From the NCBI GenBank assembly GCA_009784445.1, contig WRBQ01000002.1, positions 35,860-99,859 on the forward strand: a DNA stretch of 64,000 bases, read 5' to 3'. Under the pieces are notes generated by a model, which did no database searches, was not told the origin of the DNA, and saw only the letters and a list, made by a program, of their open reading frames with translations. Position numbers and translations under genes: made by a program. Of the stretch, positions 10,392 through 18,428 are shown piece by piece. Origin of the DNA: Oscillospiraceae bacterium. GTDB lineage: Bacteria; Bacillota; Clostridia; Oscillospirales; Acutalibacteraceae. Each line of letters begins with the position of its first letter. The stretch's first letter is position 1.

Positions 10392-10428
10392 AAAAGCCCC
10401 CTTCACAAAATGAAGGGGGTCGTTTTTT
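10392..10428. terminator. Bidirectional terminator between convergent genes
   Basis: GCCCCCTTCA (10396-10405) pairs with TGAAGGGGG (10411-10419). An A-run lies upstream and a T-run downstream, and the hairpin abuts the metA stop codon. Confidence 0.6.
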
Positions 10429-11344
10429 ATCCCAGCACCGATAAATCAAAGGGCGTTTGTTGGTATACGCAGAAGTTAAGCCAGTTGGAAAATAACAGAT
10501 GTGCGGCCGCTCGCCAAGTCATTTGTGGGGGCAGGGCAGGGTTGTTGTCGGGGTAATAATGCTGCGGCGGAGCGATGTTGAGGCCGCGTTGCAAGTCACG
10601 GGTATATTCACCCGCCAAGGTGTCGCGGTCGTATTCTCCGTGCCCAGTGGCGAAAAACTGCCGCCCGGCATGGTCGCACACCAGCGAAACTCCGGCCACA
10701 GGCGACGCACTCAACAGGCGCAGTGCGGGCACAGCGGCGATAGCCTCGCGGGTAACGGTGGTGTGGCGCGAGTGTGGCAGCATGAAGGGGTCATCCAAGC
10801 CGCGCAGCAGCGGGTGAGTGGGGTCGGCTACATCGTGTGCAAACACGCCGAAGCACTTGCTGGGCAGCGGCTGTTTGTTGATGCCGTAGTGGTAGTACAG
10901 CCCTGCCTGCGCGCCCCAGCAAATGTGGAACGTTGACCATACGTGTGTTTTCGTCCAAGCGAGAATTTTGCATAGCTCGGGCCAGTAGTCAACCTGCTCA
11001 AAGGGCAGATGCTCCACGGGTGCACCGGTGATAATCATGCCGTCGAAGCGCTGGTGCTTGATGTCATCGAAGGTCTTGTAAAATTGTAGCAGATGCTCTT
11101 TGGCTGTGTGTTTGGACTCATGGGTGGCCATTTGCACCAGCTCAATGTCCACCTGTAAAGGTGTATTACTTAACAGGCGCAGCAGCTGCGTTTCGGTCTC
11201 GATTTTGGTGGGCATCAGGTTCAAAATGGCAATGCGCAGCGGCCGAATGTCTTGCTGCTGGGCGCGGTCGCGGCACATGACAAAAATATTTTCTTGCTCC
11301 AGCACGCTGCGTGCGGGCAGCTGTGGGTCAATATTAATGGGCAT
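10427..11344 (-). CDS. metA: Homoserine O-acyltransferase (MetA family)
   Basis: MPINIDPQLPARSVLEQENIFVM...LNLMP...HICWGAQA is the classic MetA pattern. The start is set at the ATG following GAGGAGGTG. The track ORF begins 9 nt earlier at a GTG inside the RBS. Confidence 0.9.
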   Translation of the reverse strand: MPINIDPQLPARSVLEQENIFVMCRDRAQQQDIRPLRIAILNLMPTKIETETQLLRLLSNTPLQVDIELVQMATHESKHTAKEHLLQFYKTFDDIKHQRFDGMIITGAPVEHLPFEQVDYWPELCKILAWTKTHVWSTFHICWGAQAGLYYHYGINKQPLPSKCFGVFAHDVADPTHPLLRGLDDPFMLPHSRHTTVTREAIAAVPALRLLSASPVAGVSLVCDHAGRQFFATGHGEYDRDTLAGEYTRDLQRGLNIAPPQHYYPDNNPALPPQMTWRAAAHLLFSNWLNFCVYQQTPFDLSVLG

Positions 11345-11411
11345 GGATCTCACCTCCTCTGCACTCCATTATAACACAAAAAATGGCTTGGCGCAAGTAA
11401 AAAAATTCCCC

Positions 11412-11440
11412 TTGCAATTCGCACAAAATTATGCTATAAT
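11412..11440 (+). promoter_or_regulatory. Sigma-A type promoter for the transporter/GH2 pair
   Basis: TTGCAA (11412-11417), 17-nt spacer, TGcTATAAT (to 11440). Confidence 0.6.
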
Positions 11441-11471
11441 GAAAGTATAGTTTTAGCTAGGAGGTTTTACT

Positions 11472-13106
11472 TTGGACGAAAACGAAAAACGAACCGGGTT
11501 GCGCGGGCGCATTTTAGACAGCAAGATTGTGACCCAGAAGGTGCCCGAAAGCGGGCAGGAAGAACTTGCTCACGTGCTCTATACGCCAAAGTCATGGTTG
11601 CGAGGCGATTTCATGCCAGATGGCGGAGCGGAAAAGCTGTTCCCGTGGGAGAAAGTGCTGTGGGGGCTTGCTGCGTTTTTGCGCAACACCTCTGGCCAGT
11701 TTGACGGTCGCGACCTGCTGTGGCGCACTGTGTTTGGTGTGCAACCGATGATGATTATGGCGCAAACCATGGTCAATACCATTTGGAGCGGCCTCAATAA
11801 CCCGTTCGTTGGGCAGTTTATGGATCGCCATCCGTTCAAAGACAGTACCTACCGTTGGATGGTGCGGGTGCAAGCCGTGATTGGTCAAGGGCTGACATTG
11901 TTTTTTATGCTGGACTTGGGGCTAACGCCCATACAGCGCGTGGCAATATTTGCTTCGATTCAAGCTGCCATGAATATATATAACACGATGACCGGCATTG
12001 GCTGGGAAAAAGTTTTTGCAGGCTTTACGCCGATTTCAGGCGAGCGCGCCAAGCTTGAAACGTGGCAACACACTTTCCACAAATTCGCCTATCCCATTGC
12101 CAATCTGCCGCAATATATGCAGGGCTTTATTATTGGCGAAAATCGCTATGTTTGGACAGACAAAAGAATCTTCCTTACCGGCTTTGCTATTCTCATTCCT
12201 TTGTCTTTGGCAGGTGGCATCATTCACACCTTTGGGCGCAACCGCGTGCCGTTTGACCACACCAAAAATGCAAAAGCCAAAAAAGCTGAGCAGCCGACTG
12301 AAAAACTGACGGTGCGTGAAATGTTCATGGTGTTCAGGCACAACAAATACGTGCTCTATACGATGATCGCAGGTTTTTTCCGTACCTTTATACCCGGCTA
12401 CAGCACCGGACTCTACTGGCGCTTTATGGTGCCGAATATTCGCTTGCCAATCGTGGGCGAAGTGGCAGGGCCGGGCATTTCGGCGGTGATGGGGCAGTTC
12501 ACGGGTCTACCCATCACATTCTTGGTGCCGTTTATGCCCAGAGTCATGCATGCCTTGGGTGGACCGAAGAATACGTTGCTTTTCCGCGACGCTGGCAACA
12601 TCGTTGTGCGCCTTGCGCAATATTTCATTGGCCTGCAAAGCCGTGGGCGAATCTTGGGTTATTTTGCGCTAGACACCTTCCGCGAAACCATTTGGCCCAT
12701 TGCAAACATGAGTGATCGCGTATTGAACTTTGAAATGCTGGACTATGTGGAATACAAAACCGGCATTCGCAGCGAGGGCATCACGCATGCGATTCGAGGC
12801 TTTATTGGCGAATTAGTTAAAGCCAACATCAACACCTTCACCGGCGAGATGTTCCAGCAGTGGGCACGTGTGCACGAAATTGACGGCAACCTGCCCCACC
12901 CGCCAATCCCCGAGCGTTTTGCTCGCTGGGCTTGGCCGGTGTGGATACTGGGCGATATGCTGTCCACTGCGTTCTCGTTGGTTGCAATCATTGCGTTCCC
13001 GTATAAATACGGCCAAAACGTGCACATTGAGGCAGAGCTAGCTGCCCGCCGCGCCGCCGAAAAGCAAGTGCGCGAAGAAATGGAAGAAGAAACCACCACG
13101 GTTTAA
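11472..13106 (+). CDS. Polytopic membrane transporter, GPH/MFS-like sugar transporter (tentative)
   Basis: TTG start follows AGGAGG. It has many hydrophobic segments and an NNPFVGQFMDRHPFKDSTYRW region reminiscent of the GPH-family DRxxxxxGxxRP loop. It sits immediately upstream of a GH2 gene. Confidence 0.65.
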   Translation: MDENEKRTGLRGRILDSKIVTQKVPESGQEELAHVLYTPKSWLRGDFMPDGGAEKLFPWEKVLWGLAAFLRNTSGQFDGRDLLWRTVFGVQPMMIMAQTMVNTIWSGLNNPFVGQFMDRHPFKDSTYRWMVRVQAVIGQGLTLFFMLDLGLTPIQRVAIFASIQAAMNIYNTMTGIGWEKVFAGFTPISGERAKLETWQHTFHKFAYPIANLPQYMQGFIIGENRYVWTDKRIFLTGFAILIPLSLAGGIIHTFGRNRVPFDHTKNAKAKKAEQPTEKLTVREMFMVFRHNKYVLYTMIAGFFRTFIPGYSTGLYWRFMVPNIRLPIVGEVAGPGISAVMGQFTGLPITFLVPFMPRVMHALGGPKNTLLFRDAGNIVVRLAQYFIGLQSRGRILGYFALDTFRETIWPIANMSDRVLNFEMLDYVEYKTGIRSEGITHAIRGFIGELVKANINTFTGEMFQQWARVHEIDGNLPHPPIPERFARWAWPVWILGDMLSTAFSLVAIIAFPYKYGQNVHIEAELAARRAAEKQVREEMEEETTTV

Positions 13107-13174
13107 TGCAAAAACAAAAGCGAGCCATCCAAACGGGTGGCTCGCGTGATATCACAACATCAAAGGAGAAAGCG

Positions 13175-14833
13175 ATGAACATTCCACGTGCGGAACATCC
13201 CAACCCGCAATGGCAGCGCAACAGCTGGCAAAACCTCAACGGCACATGGCAGTTTGGCCTAGATAATCCCAAGTTAGACCGCGAAATATTGGTGCCCTTT
13301 TGCCCCGAAAGTGAGCTCAGCGGCATTGGCCACACCGACTTCATCAGCGATGTGTACTATCAGCGTGAATTTGAGCTGACGGCTGAGCAACTGGCCGGGC
13401 GCGTGGTGCTGCACTTTGGCGCGGCGGATTACCTGACCACGGTGACGGTAAACGGCAAACAGGCCGGGCAGCACGAAGGCGGCTACACCAGCTTTAGCTT
13501 TGATGTGACGGATCACGTGCAGCAAGGCACAAACACGCTGCATGTGCATTGTAACGACGACACGCGCAATCGCTTGTGGTGCAGCGGCAAGCAAAGTGAT
13601 CGCTACGTGTCCTATGCTTGCATGTACACCCGTACCACGGGCATTTGGCAAACGGTTTGGTTGGAGTTTCGCCCGAACGAACATATTCTGTCCGTGGTGT
13701 ATCACCCGGACGTGGAGAATGCCTGCTTGCATATTGAGGCGCAAGTTGTGGGCAATGCAGACTTCACCGCAACAGCACTTTGGGATGGCAAAGAAGTGGG
13801 TACAGCAAATGTAAAACCCTGCGGTGGCTTTGTGCGGCTAACGCTGCCGCTGAGCGAAACGCATTTGTGGGAAGTGGGCAAGGGTGGCCTGTATGACCTA
13901 AAGCTTTGCTATGGCGATGATGTGGTCAACAGCTATTTCGGGCTGCGCAGCGTGCAACTGGATGGCTTTAAGTTTCTCATCAACGGCAAAAGTGTGTTTC
14001 AGCGGCTGGTGCTGGACCAAGGCTTTTATCCCGACGGCATTTATACGGCGCCGACAAAAGAGGCCCTAGAGCAGGATATTCTGCTGGCCAAAGAGGCTGG
14101 CTTCAACGGCGCGCGCCTGCACATGAAGGTTTTCGAACCGCTCGCGCTGTATTACGCTGACCTGCATGGCTACATCACCTGGGGCGAGTTCGCCAACTGG
14201 GGCGTGGACGACAGTGATCCGAAAGTGCTGGGCAAGTTCTTGCCGCAATGGCTGGAGGCCGTGGCACGTGACCGCAATCACCCCAGCATCGTGGGCTGGT
14301 GCCCGTATAACGAGACCAGCGAAGAGCAGTATGACGACAACATCAGTGTGGTCTATGAAGTGACCAAGGCGCTTGACTCGAGCCGCCCGTGTATTGATAC
14401 CAGTGGCTATGTGCACGTGAAAACGGATATCTACTGCGTGCATGAATATGGCCAAGACGCGGAGCAATTTGCTAGCCGCTATGCGCCATTTATCGATGGT
14501 GACAGCTTTTTTGACCACAAGCAAGATGATAGAAAAGTGCAGAAGTATAATGGCGAGGCTATGTTTGTGAGTGAATACGGCGGCATGGCTTGGAACGCCT
14601 TGGACGGCTGGGGCTATGGTGAAGCACCGCAGAGCGAGGAGGAGTACAAGGCGCGTTACAAAGCGTTGACCATCACGCTCATCGACCACCCGAAGATGTT
14701 CGGCTTTTGTTATACCCAGCTCACTGACGTGGAGCAAGAGAAAAACGGCGTGTTCACCTATGACCGCCAGCCCAAGTTTGAGCTGAGCTTCTTCCACGAG
14801 GTGAACAGCAAAAAGGCCGCGATTGAGGATTAG
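13175..14833 (+). CDS. Glycoside hydrolase family 2-like enzyme (beta-galactosidase/glucuronidase type)
   Basis: AAAGGAG lies before ATG 13175. The layout is the GH2 sugar-binding, Ig-like and TIM-barrel arrangement (GGYTSFSFDVT, NGARLHMKV, WCPYNE, VSEYGG). Confidence 0.8.
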   Translation: MNIPRAEHPNPQWQRNSWQNLNGTWQFGLDNPKLDREILVPFCPESELSGIGHTDFISDVYYQREFELTAEQLAGRVVLHFGAADYLTTVTVNGKQAGQHEGGYTSFSFDVTDHVQQGTNTLHVHCNDDTRNRLWCSGKQSDRYVSYACMYTRTTGIWQTVWLEFRPNEHILSVVYHPDVENACLHIEAQVVGNADFTATALWDGKEVGTANVKPCGGFVRLTLPLSETHLWEVGKGGLYDLKLCYGDDVVNSYFGLRSVQLDGFKFLINGKSVFQRLVLDQGFYPDGIYTAPTKEALEQDILLAKEAGFNGARLHMKVFEPLALYYADLHGYITWGEFANWGVDDSDPKVLGKFLPQWLEAVARDRNHPSIVGWCPYNETSEEQYDDNISVVYEVTKALDSSRPCIDTSGYVHVKTDIYCVHEYGQDAEQFASRYAPFIDGDSFFDHKQDDRKVQKYNGEAMFVSEYGGMAWNALDGWGYGEAPQSEEEYKARYKALTITLIDHPKMFGFCYTQLTDVEQEKNGVFTYDRQPKFELSFFHEVNSKKAAIED

Positions 14834-15780
14834 TCGGCTTTGTTTGGAATGATGCGCTCTAGCATAGATGCAACTTGGCGCACAAACGGCAAAAACAGCA
14901 ACATCGTTGCGATATTATATAGCGTGTGGAACATGGCTACTTGGCGTGCGGGTTCAGTCCATGTTGTTTCAAACCAACCTAGTATACCGGGAATGGCGAA
15001 GATTAGCGTGCCAAACACAATGCTTCCAACCACATCAAACAAAATGTGGAAAAAGGCGGCGCGTTTGCTTTCGCGGTTTGCAGGAATGGAAGCCAGCAGC
15101 GTGGTGATACTAGTGCCGATGTTCACGCCAAGGATGATAAAAGCAGAAGTTTCAAACGAAATGGGAACACCTGAAAGATGTGCGGTGAGTAATATTCCTG
15201 TGGCTGCAGTGGAGCTTTGCACAATTGCGGTGAACAGAAAACCTGCCAGCAGCGCAAGCACAGGACTGGTAAAGTTAATTAAGAAAGCCTCGAATTGGGG
15301 TTCGCGTGCTAGCTCACGCATGGGCGAGCTTAGCGTAGCGATGCCGAAAAACAATAGCCCAAAACCAAGAATGATTTGCCCCAATTTTTTCAAAGCAGGC
15401 TTTTTGATGAACATGAACATCAGTGCGCCAACAAAAATGAAGATGGGTGCGTATTGATCGATGCGAAAGGCAATTAACTGCCCGCTAAAGGTGGTACCAA
15501 CGTTTGCACCCAGCTTGATGCCAATGGCTTGCGTCAAGTTAATTAAGTTTGAGTTAACAAAGCCTACAACCATGATGGTGGATGCCGTGGAACTGTTAAG
15601 AATAATCGTGATGATTACGCCAAAGGTTGCGGCAAAAAAACGGTTAGAAGTGGCTCGTTGCAAGACTTTGCGCATGCGCTGGCCTGCGGCTTCTTTGAGG
15701 CCTGCAGACATAATTTTCATGCCATAGATAAACAATCCGAATCCACCAAGCACTGGCAACAAAAGTTCAATTAAACTCAT
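14830..15780 (-). CDS. Na/Pi cotransporter family protein (short form, no PhoU-like domain)
   Basis: MSLIELLLPVLGGFGLFIYGMKIMSAGLKEAAG is the typical NptA/YjbB N-terminus. The stop overlaps the convergent GH2 stop by 4 nt. Confidence 0.85.
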   Translation of the reverse strand: MSLIELLLPVLGGFGLFIYGMKIMSAGLKEAAGQRMRKVLQRATSNRFFAATFGVIITIILNSSTASTIMVVGFVNSNLINLTQAIGIKLGANVGTTFSGQLIAFRIDQYAPIFIFVGALMFMFIKKPALKKLGQIILGFGLLFFGIATLSSPMRELAREPQFEAFLINFTSPVLALLAGFLFTAIVQSSTAATGILLTAHLSGVPISFETSAFIILGVNIGTSITTLLASIPANRESKRAAFFHILFDVVGSIVFGTLIFAIPGILGWFETTWTEPARQVAMFHTLYNIATMLLFLPFVRQVASMLERIIPNKAD

Positions 15781-15851
15781 TTTAGCTCTCCTGAATCATG
15801 CAATATAGAGCCCTAGTAGTTTGACCAAGGCAATGCAATTATTTCAATTCG

Positions 15852-16886
15852 CTAAACAATTAACATGCAGTCGCCGAATGAGTAGAAACGATACTCTTCT
15901 GCAACAGCCGTGCGGTAGGCATGCATGGTTTTTTCGTGGCCATAGATGGCACTCACCAGCATAATCAGCGTGCTTTCGGGCAGGTGGAAGTTCGTCAGCA
16001 GGCCATCTAAGCCGCGAAACTCAAACCCGGGATAGATGAAGATGTCCGTCCAGCCCTCGCAGGCCTGCATGCTGCCATGCTGCGCCATCACGCTTTCGAG
16101 GGTGCGCACGCAGGTGGTGCCCACGGCGATTACACGGCCGCCACGTGCCTTGGTTTCGCGAATCATCTCGGCGGTTTCGGCAGGCATAGCATAGTGCTCG
16201 GCATGCATGACATGATCGGCGATATTCTCGCTTTTCACCGGGCGAAACGTACCCAGCCCCACATGTAGCGTGACATAGCCAAGCTTCACGCCGCTGGCCT
16301 CAATGCTTGCAAGTAACTCGGGCGTGAAGTGCAAGCCCGCCGTGGGCGCAGCCGCACTGCCGGCATGCTCGGCATACACCGTGTTGTAGCGGTCGGGGTT
16401 TTCCAGTTCCTCGGTGATGTAATGCGGCAGCGGCATTTCGCCAATTTGGTCCAGCACGGCATAAAAACTTGGCGCATCGTAACTAAAGCGAACTACGCGG
16501 TTGCCGTCTTCGCGCACTTCAATGACCTCGCCATGCAAAATGCCCTCGCCAAAGCTGAACTTGCTGCCCACTTTGGCGCGCTTGCCGGGGCCGGCAAGGC
16601 ACTCCCAGATGGGGCTGTCGCGTTCGTCTAGCTGGTTAAGCAGCAAAAATTCCACGCGTGCACCGGTGTCGCTGATGCCATAAAGGCGTGCGGGCAACAC
16701 TTTGGTGTTGTTAAGAATCAGGCAGTCGCCGGGTTGTAGCACGTCGGCGATATCGCGAAAAATCTTGTGGTCAATGCGCTCGCTGTCGCGGTGCAGCACC
16801 ATCATGCGGCTGCTGTCGCGGGGTTCAATGGGAGTTTGGGCGATGAGCTGCTCGGGCAGGTCGTAGTAGAAATCACTTGTTTTCAT
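15852..16886 (-). CDS. queA: S-adenosylmethionine:tRNA ribosyltransferase-isomerase
   Basis: MKTSDFYYDLPEQLIAQTPIEPRDSSRMMVL...NNTKVLPARLYG is canonical QueA. The 450-aa track ORF is an in-frame upstream read-through, and the real ATG is at 16886. Confidence 0.92.
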   Translation of the reverse strand: MKTSDFYYDLPEQLIAQTPIEPRDSSRMMVLHRDSERIDHKIFRDIADVLQPGDCLILNNTKVLPARLYGISDTGARVEFLLLNQLDERDSPIWECLAGPGKRAKVGSKFSFGEGILHGEVIEVREDGNRVVRFSYDAPSFYAVLDQIGEMPLPHYITEELENPDRYNTVYAEHAGSAAAPTAGLHFTPELLASIEASGVKLGYVTLHVGLGTFRPVKSENIADHVMHAEHYAMPAETAEMIRETKARGGRVIAVGTTCVRTLESVMAQHGSMQACEGWTDIFIYPGFEFRGLDGLLTNFHLPESTLIMLVSAIYGHEKTMHAYRTAVAEEYRFYSFGDCMLIV

Positions 16887-16934
16887 GGTGTGTCCTTTTC
16901 TCAAGATATAATGAATTTTGGCACAACAGGGTAT

Positions 16935-16963
16935 ATTATAACGCAAAGCGGCGGGTTTGTCAA
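16935..16963 (-). promoter_or_regulatory. Consensus promoter of queA
   Basis: On the minus strand: TTGACA (16963-16958), 17-nt spacer, TATAAT (16940-16935). Confidence 0.65.
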
Positions 16964-17017
16964 CAAAAAAATCCCTCCAAAATACAGGGAGATTTTGTCG
17001 CTTTTTTAGTTCGTGAA

Positions 17018-17104
17018 ATGAAAAAGAGGCGCCGAAGCACCTCTGATTCTTCATTACGCTAGCAGCATGTGCGTTTGCACACGCATACGCAGCGGCAGGT
17101 TTGT
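17018..17104 (-). repeat. Copy A of a ~90-bp module (3' end of the Cys-rich gene plus its terminator), no intact ORF
   Basis: Near-identical to 17955-18046. On the minus strand it reads ...TCRCVCVCKRTCC-stop, then the hairpin AGAGGTGC-TTCG-GCGCCTCT plus a T-run. An in-frame TAG lies 17 codons upstream, so only a tail fragment is present. Confidence 0.7.
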
Positions 17105-17234
17105 TCGGACACTTGCCGCTAGCCCATTCGACAGATAAAAAGAGTGCTTGCAATGCTTGAGGGGTAAATTCTTTTGTGGTTTGATAAGTAATCATGTTAT
17201 ACATTTTAAAATATGACCACCCATGTTGTCAACT

Positions 17235-17256
17235 AAAAATCCCCTCAAGAGGGGAT
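17235..17256 (-). terminator. Terminator of the lipoprotein gene
   Basis: ATCCCCTC / GAGGGGAT hairpin followed by a T5 run on the minus strand. Confidence 0.55.
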
Positions 17257-17268
17257 TGTCGTTGTTCG

Positions 17269-17880
17269 CTAAACCGGAATGAACCACTGGAATGCGACCA
17301 CGATGTTATCTGCATTGAAGAAAAACCGAGCACCAAGAACACCCCACTCCTCGGTGAAGCCACCCCAGTTACTATGTTCATCATAGGTATATAGGTAAGA
17401 AAAAACAGCATCGGCGGGGCGATGTTCATCGTCACGTCTGCCGCCAGCAAAGCCAAAGTGTGTCACAACGTCGTCGTAGGTTGAGCCAAAGGTCAATCCA
17501 TCAAAATGAAAGCGGTCGTCCCGCCCGCTATAGCCAACAAAAATGATCCACAGCCCTCCATTTGCAGAGACCAGTACACCTGTATCATACTTAATCACTT
17601 CGCCGCGATAGCCCTGTTCGCGGTGTACTACGTTGCCAAACAAATGCTGCACTTCGGCAAAAGGCTGCAAAAGCATAGGGCGAATATTGATCGTGGCGGC
17701 ATATGGCGTTCTTGTCATTGACGTAGATGTTGTTGCTTGCGCGGTGGTTTCATATTCGGTGGAAGTGGTATGTTCCGCTGTGGTTTCTGAGATTATTTCG
17801 ATTGGCTCGTCCGGCACTGCCGTGCCGCATGCAGCTAGCAGCAAGGCTAGGACGATGGATAGAATCAATAATTTTTTCAT
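17269..17880 (-). CDS. Hypothetical lipoprotein
   Basis: AAGGAGG lies before the ATG, and the lipobox is LLLAAC-G (MKKLLILSIVLALLLAACG). No family was recognised. Confidence 0.75.
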   Translation of the reverse strand: MKKLLILSIVLALLLAACGTAVPDEPIEIISETTAEHTTSTEYETTAQATTSTSMTRTPYAATINIRPMLLQPFAEVQHLFGNVVHREQGYRGEVIKYDTGVLVSANGGLWIIFVGYSGRDDRFHFDGLTFGSTYDDVVTHFGFAGGRRDDEHRPADAVFSYLYTYDEHSNWGGFTEEWGVLGARFFFNADNIVVAFQWFIPV

Positions 17881-17954
17881 ATGAATACCTCCTTATCCGT
17901 AGTATAGCACATTTATCGCGCAAAGTAAAGTTACAATATTGTAACCTTTTGGGC

Positions 17955-18046
17955 ATGAAAAAGAGGCGCCGAAGCACCTCTGATTCTTCATTTGGTTAGC
18001 AGCATGTGCGCTTGCACACGCATACGCAGCGGCAACGGCAGGTTTG
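17955..18046 (-). repeat. Copy B of the ~90-bp module (authentic 3' end and terminator of the Cys-rich gene)
   Basis: Direct repeat of 17018-17104 with a handful of mismatches and one 6-nt indel. It contains the stop codon at 17996-17998 and the hairpin plus T-run. Confidence 0.7.
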
Positions 18047-18277
18047 CGGGCGCGGCTTGGGGCGACAGCGCGGTTGGCAGCGTGGGCCGGCAAGCAGACA
18101 ATTGCCCATGCCAGTCAATACATCCAGTCCGCAGCAAACACCTTTGCCAAAACCGCCAATGACACACTGAATGCCCTTGCAAACATCTTGCACACCGTTG
18201 TCGCGGCAAATGGGGGTTCTGCAGCGGCCGCAGGAATTGTTGCAGCAGCACGAGCCGCCACCGGGAATATCCATCAT
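17996..18277 (-). CDS. Small cysteine-rich protein (93 aa, 20 Cys)
   Basis: AAGGAG (18291-18286) lies 8 nt before ATG 18277, and the terminator directly follows the stop. Third positions are G/C-rich as in the host genes. The protein is MMDIPGGGSCCCNNSCGRCRTPIC...CRCRCVCVCKRTCC. The competing overlapping ORFs look non-protein-like. Confidence 0.65.
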   Translation of the reverse strand: MMDIPGGGSCCCNNSCGRCRTPICRDNGVQDVCKGIQCVIGGFGKGVCCGLDVLTGMGNCLLAGPRCQPRCRPKPRPQTCRCRCVCVCKRTCC

Positions 18278-18384
18278 AGTTAAAACTCCTTCCATGGCTA
18301 TGTTTCATGCCATTATATGCGGAAGGGGTTAAAGTGGTTATTGAGATGTGTGCAAAAAAAAATGCCTCTTTCACGAAACTGGAG

Positions 18385-18401
18385 TAGGACACAGCGAAGC
18401 G
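18385..18401. repeat. Left arm of a 17-bp perfect inverted repeat flanking the carboxypeptidase gene
   Basis: TAGGACACAGCGAAGCG. Its reverse complement occurs at 19866-19882. Confidence 0.75.
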
Positions 18402-18428
18402 ACGGAGCTCCACCGCAGGTGGTTATTG

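Noticed and set aside
16887-17204. The N-terminal 106 residues of the 450-aa track ORF that contains queA
   Set aside because: The extension reads through the queA promoter, a terminator and repeat copy A. Canonical QueA begins at MKTSDFYYDLPEQ (ATG 16886).
17931-17944. A perfect 14-bp palindrome TTACAATATTGTAA just upstream of the lipoprotein promoter
   Set aside because: By a rough estimate, several perfect 14-bp palindromes are expected by chance in 64 kb, and this one is AT-rich. There is no second copy or partner regulator nearby.
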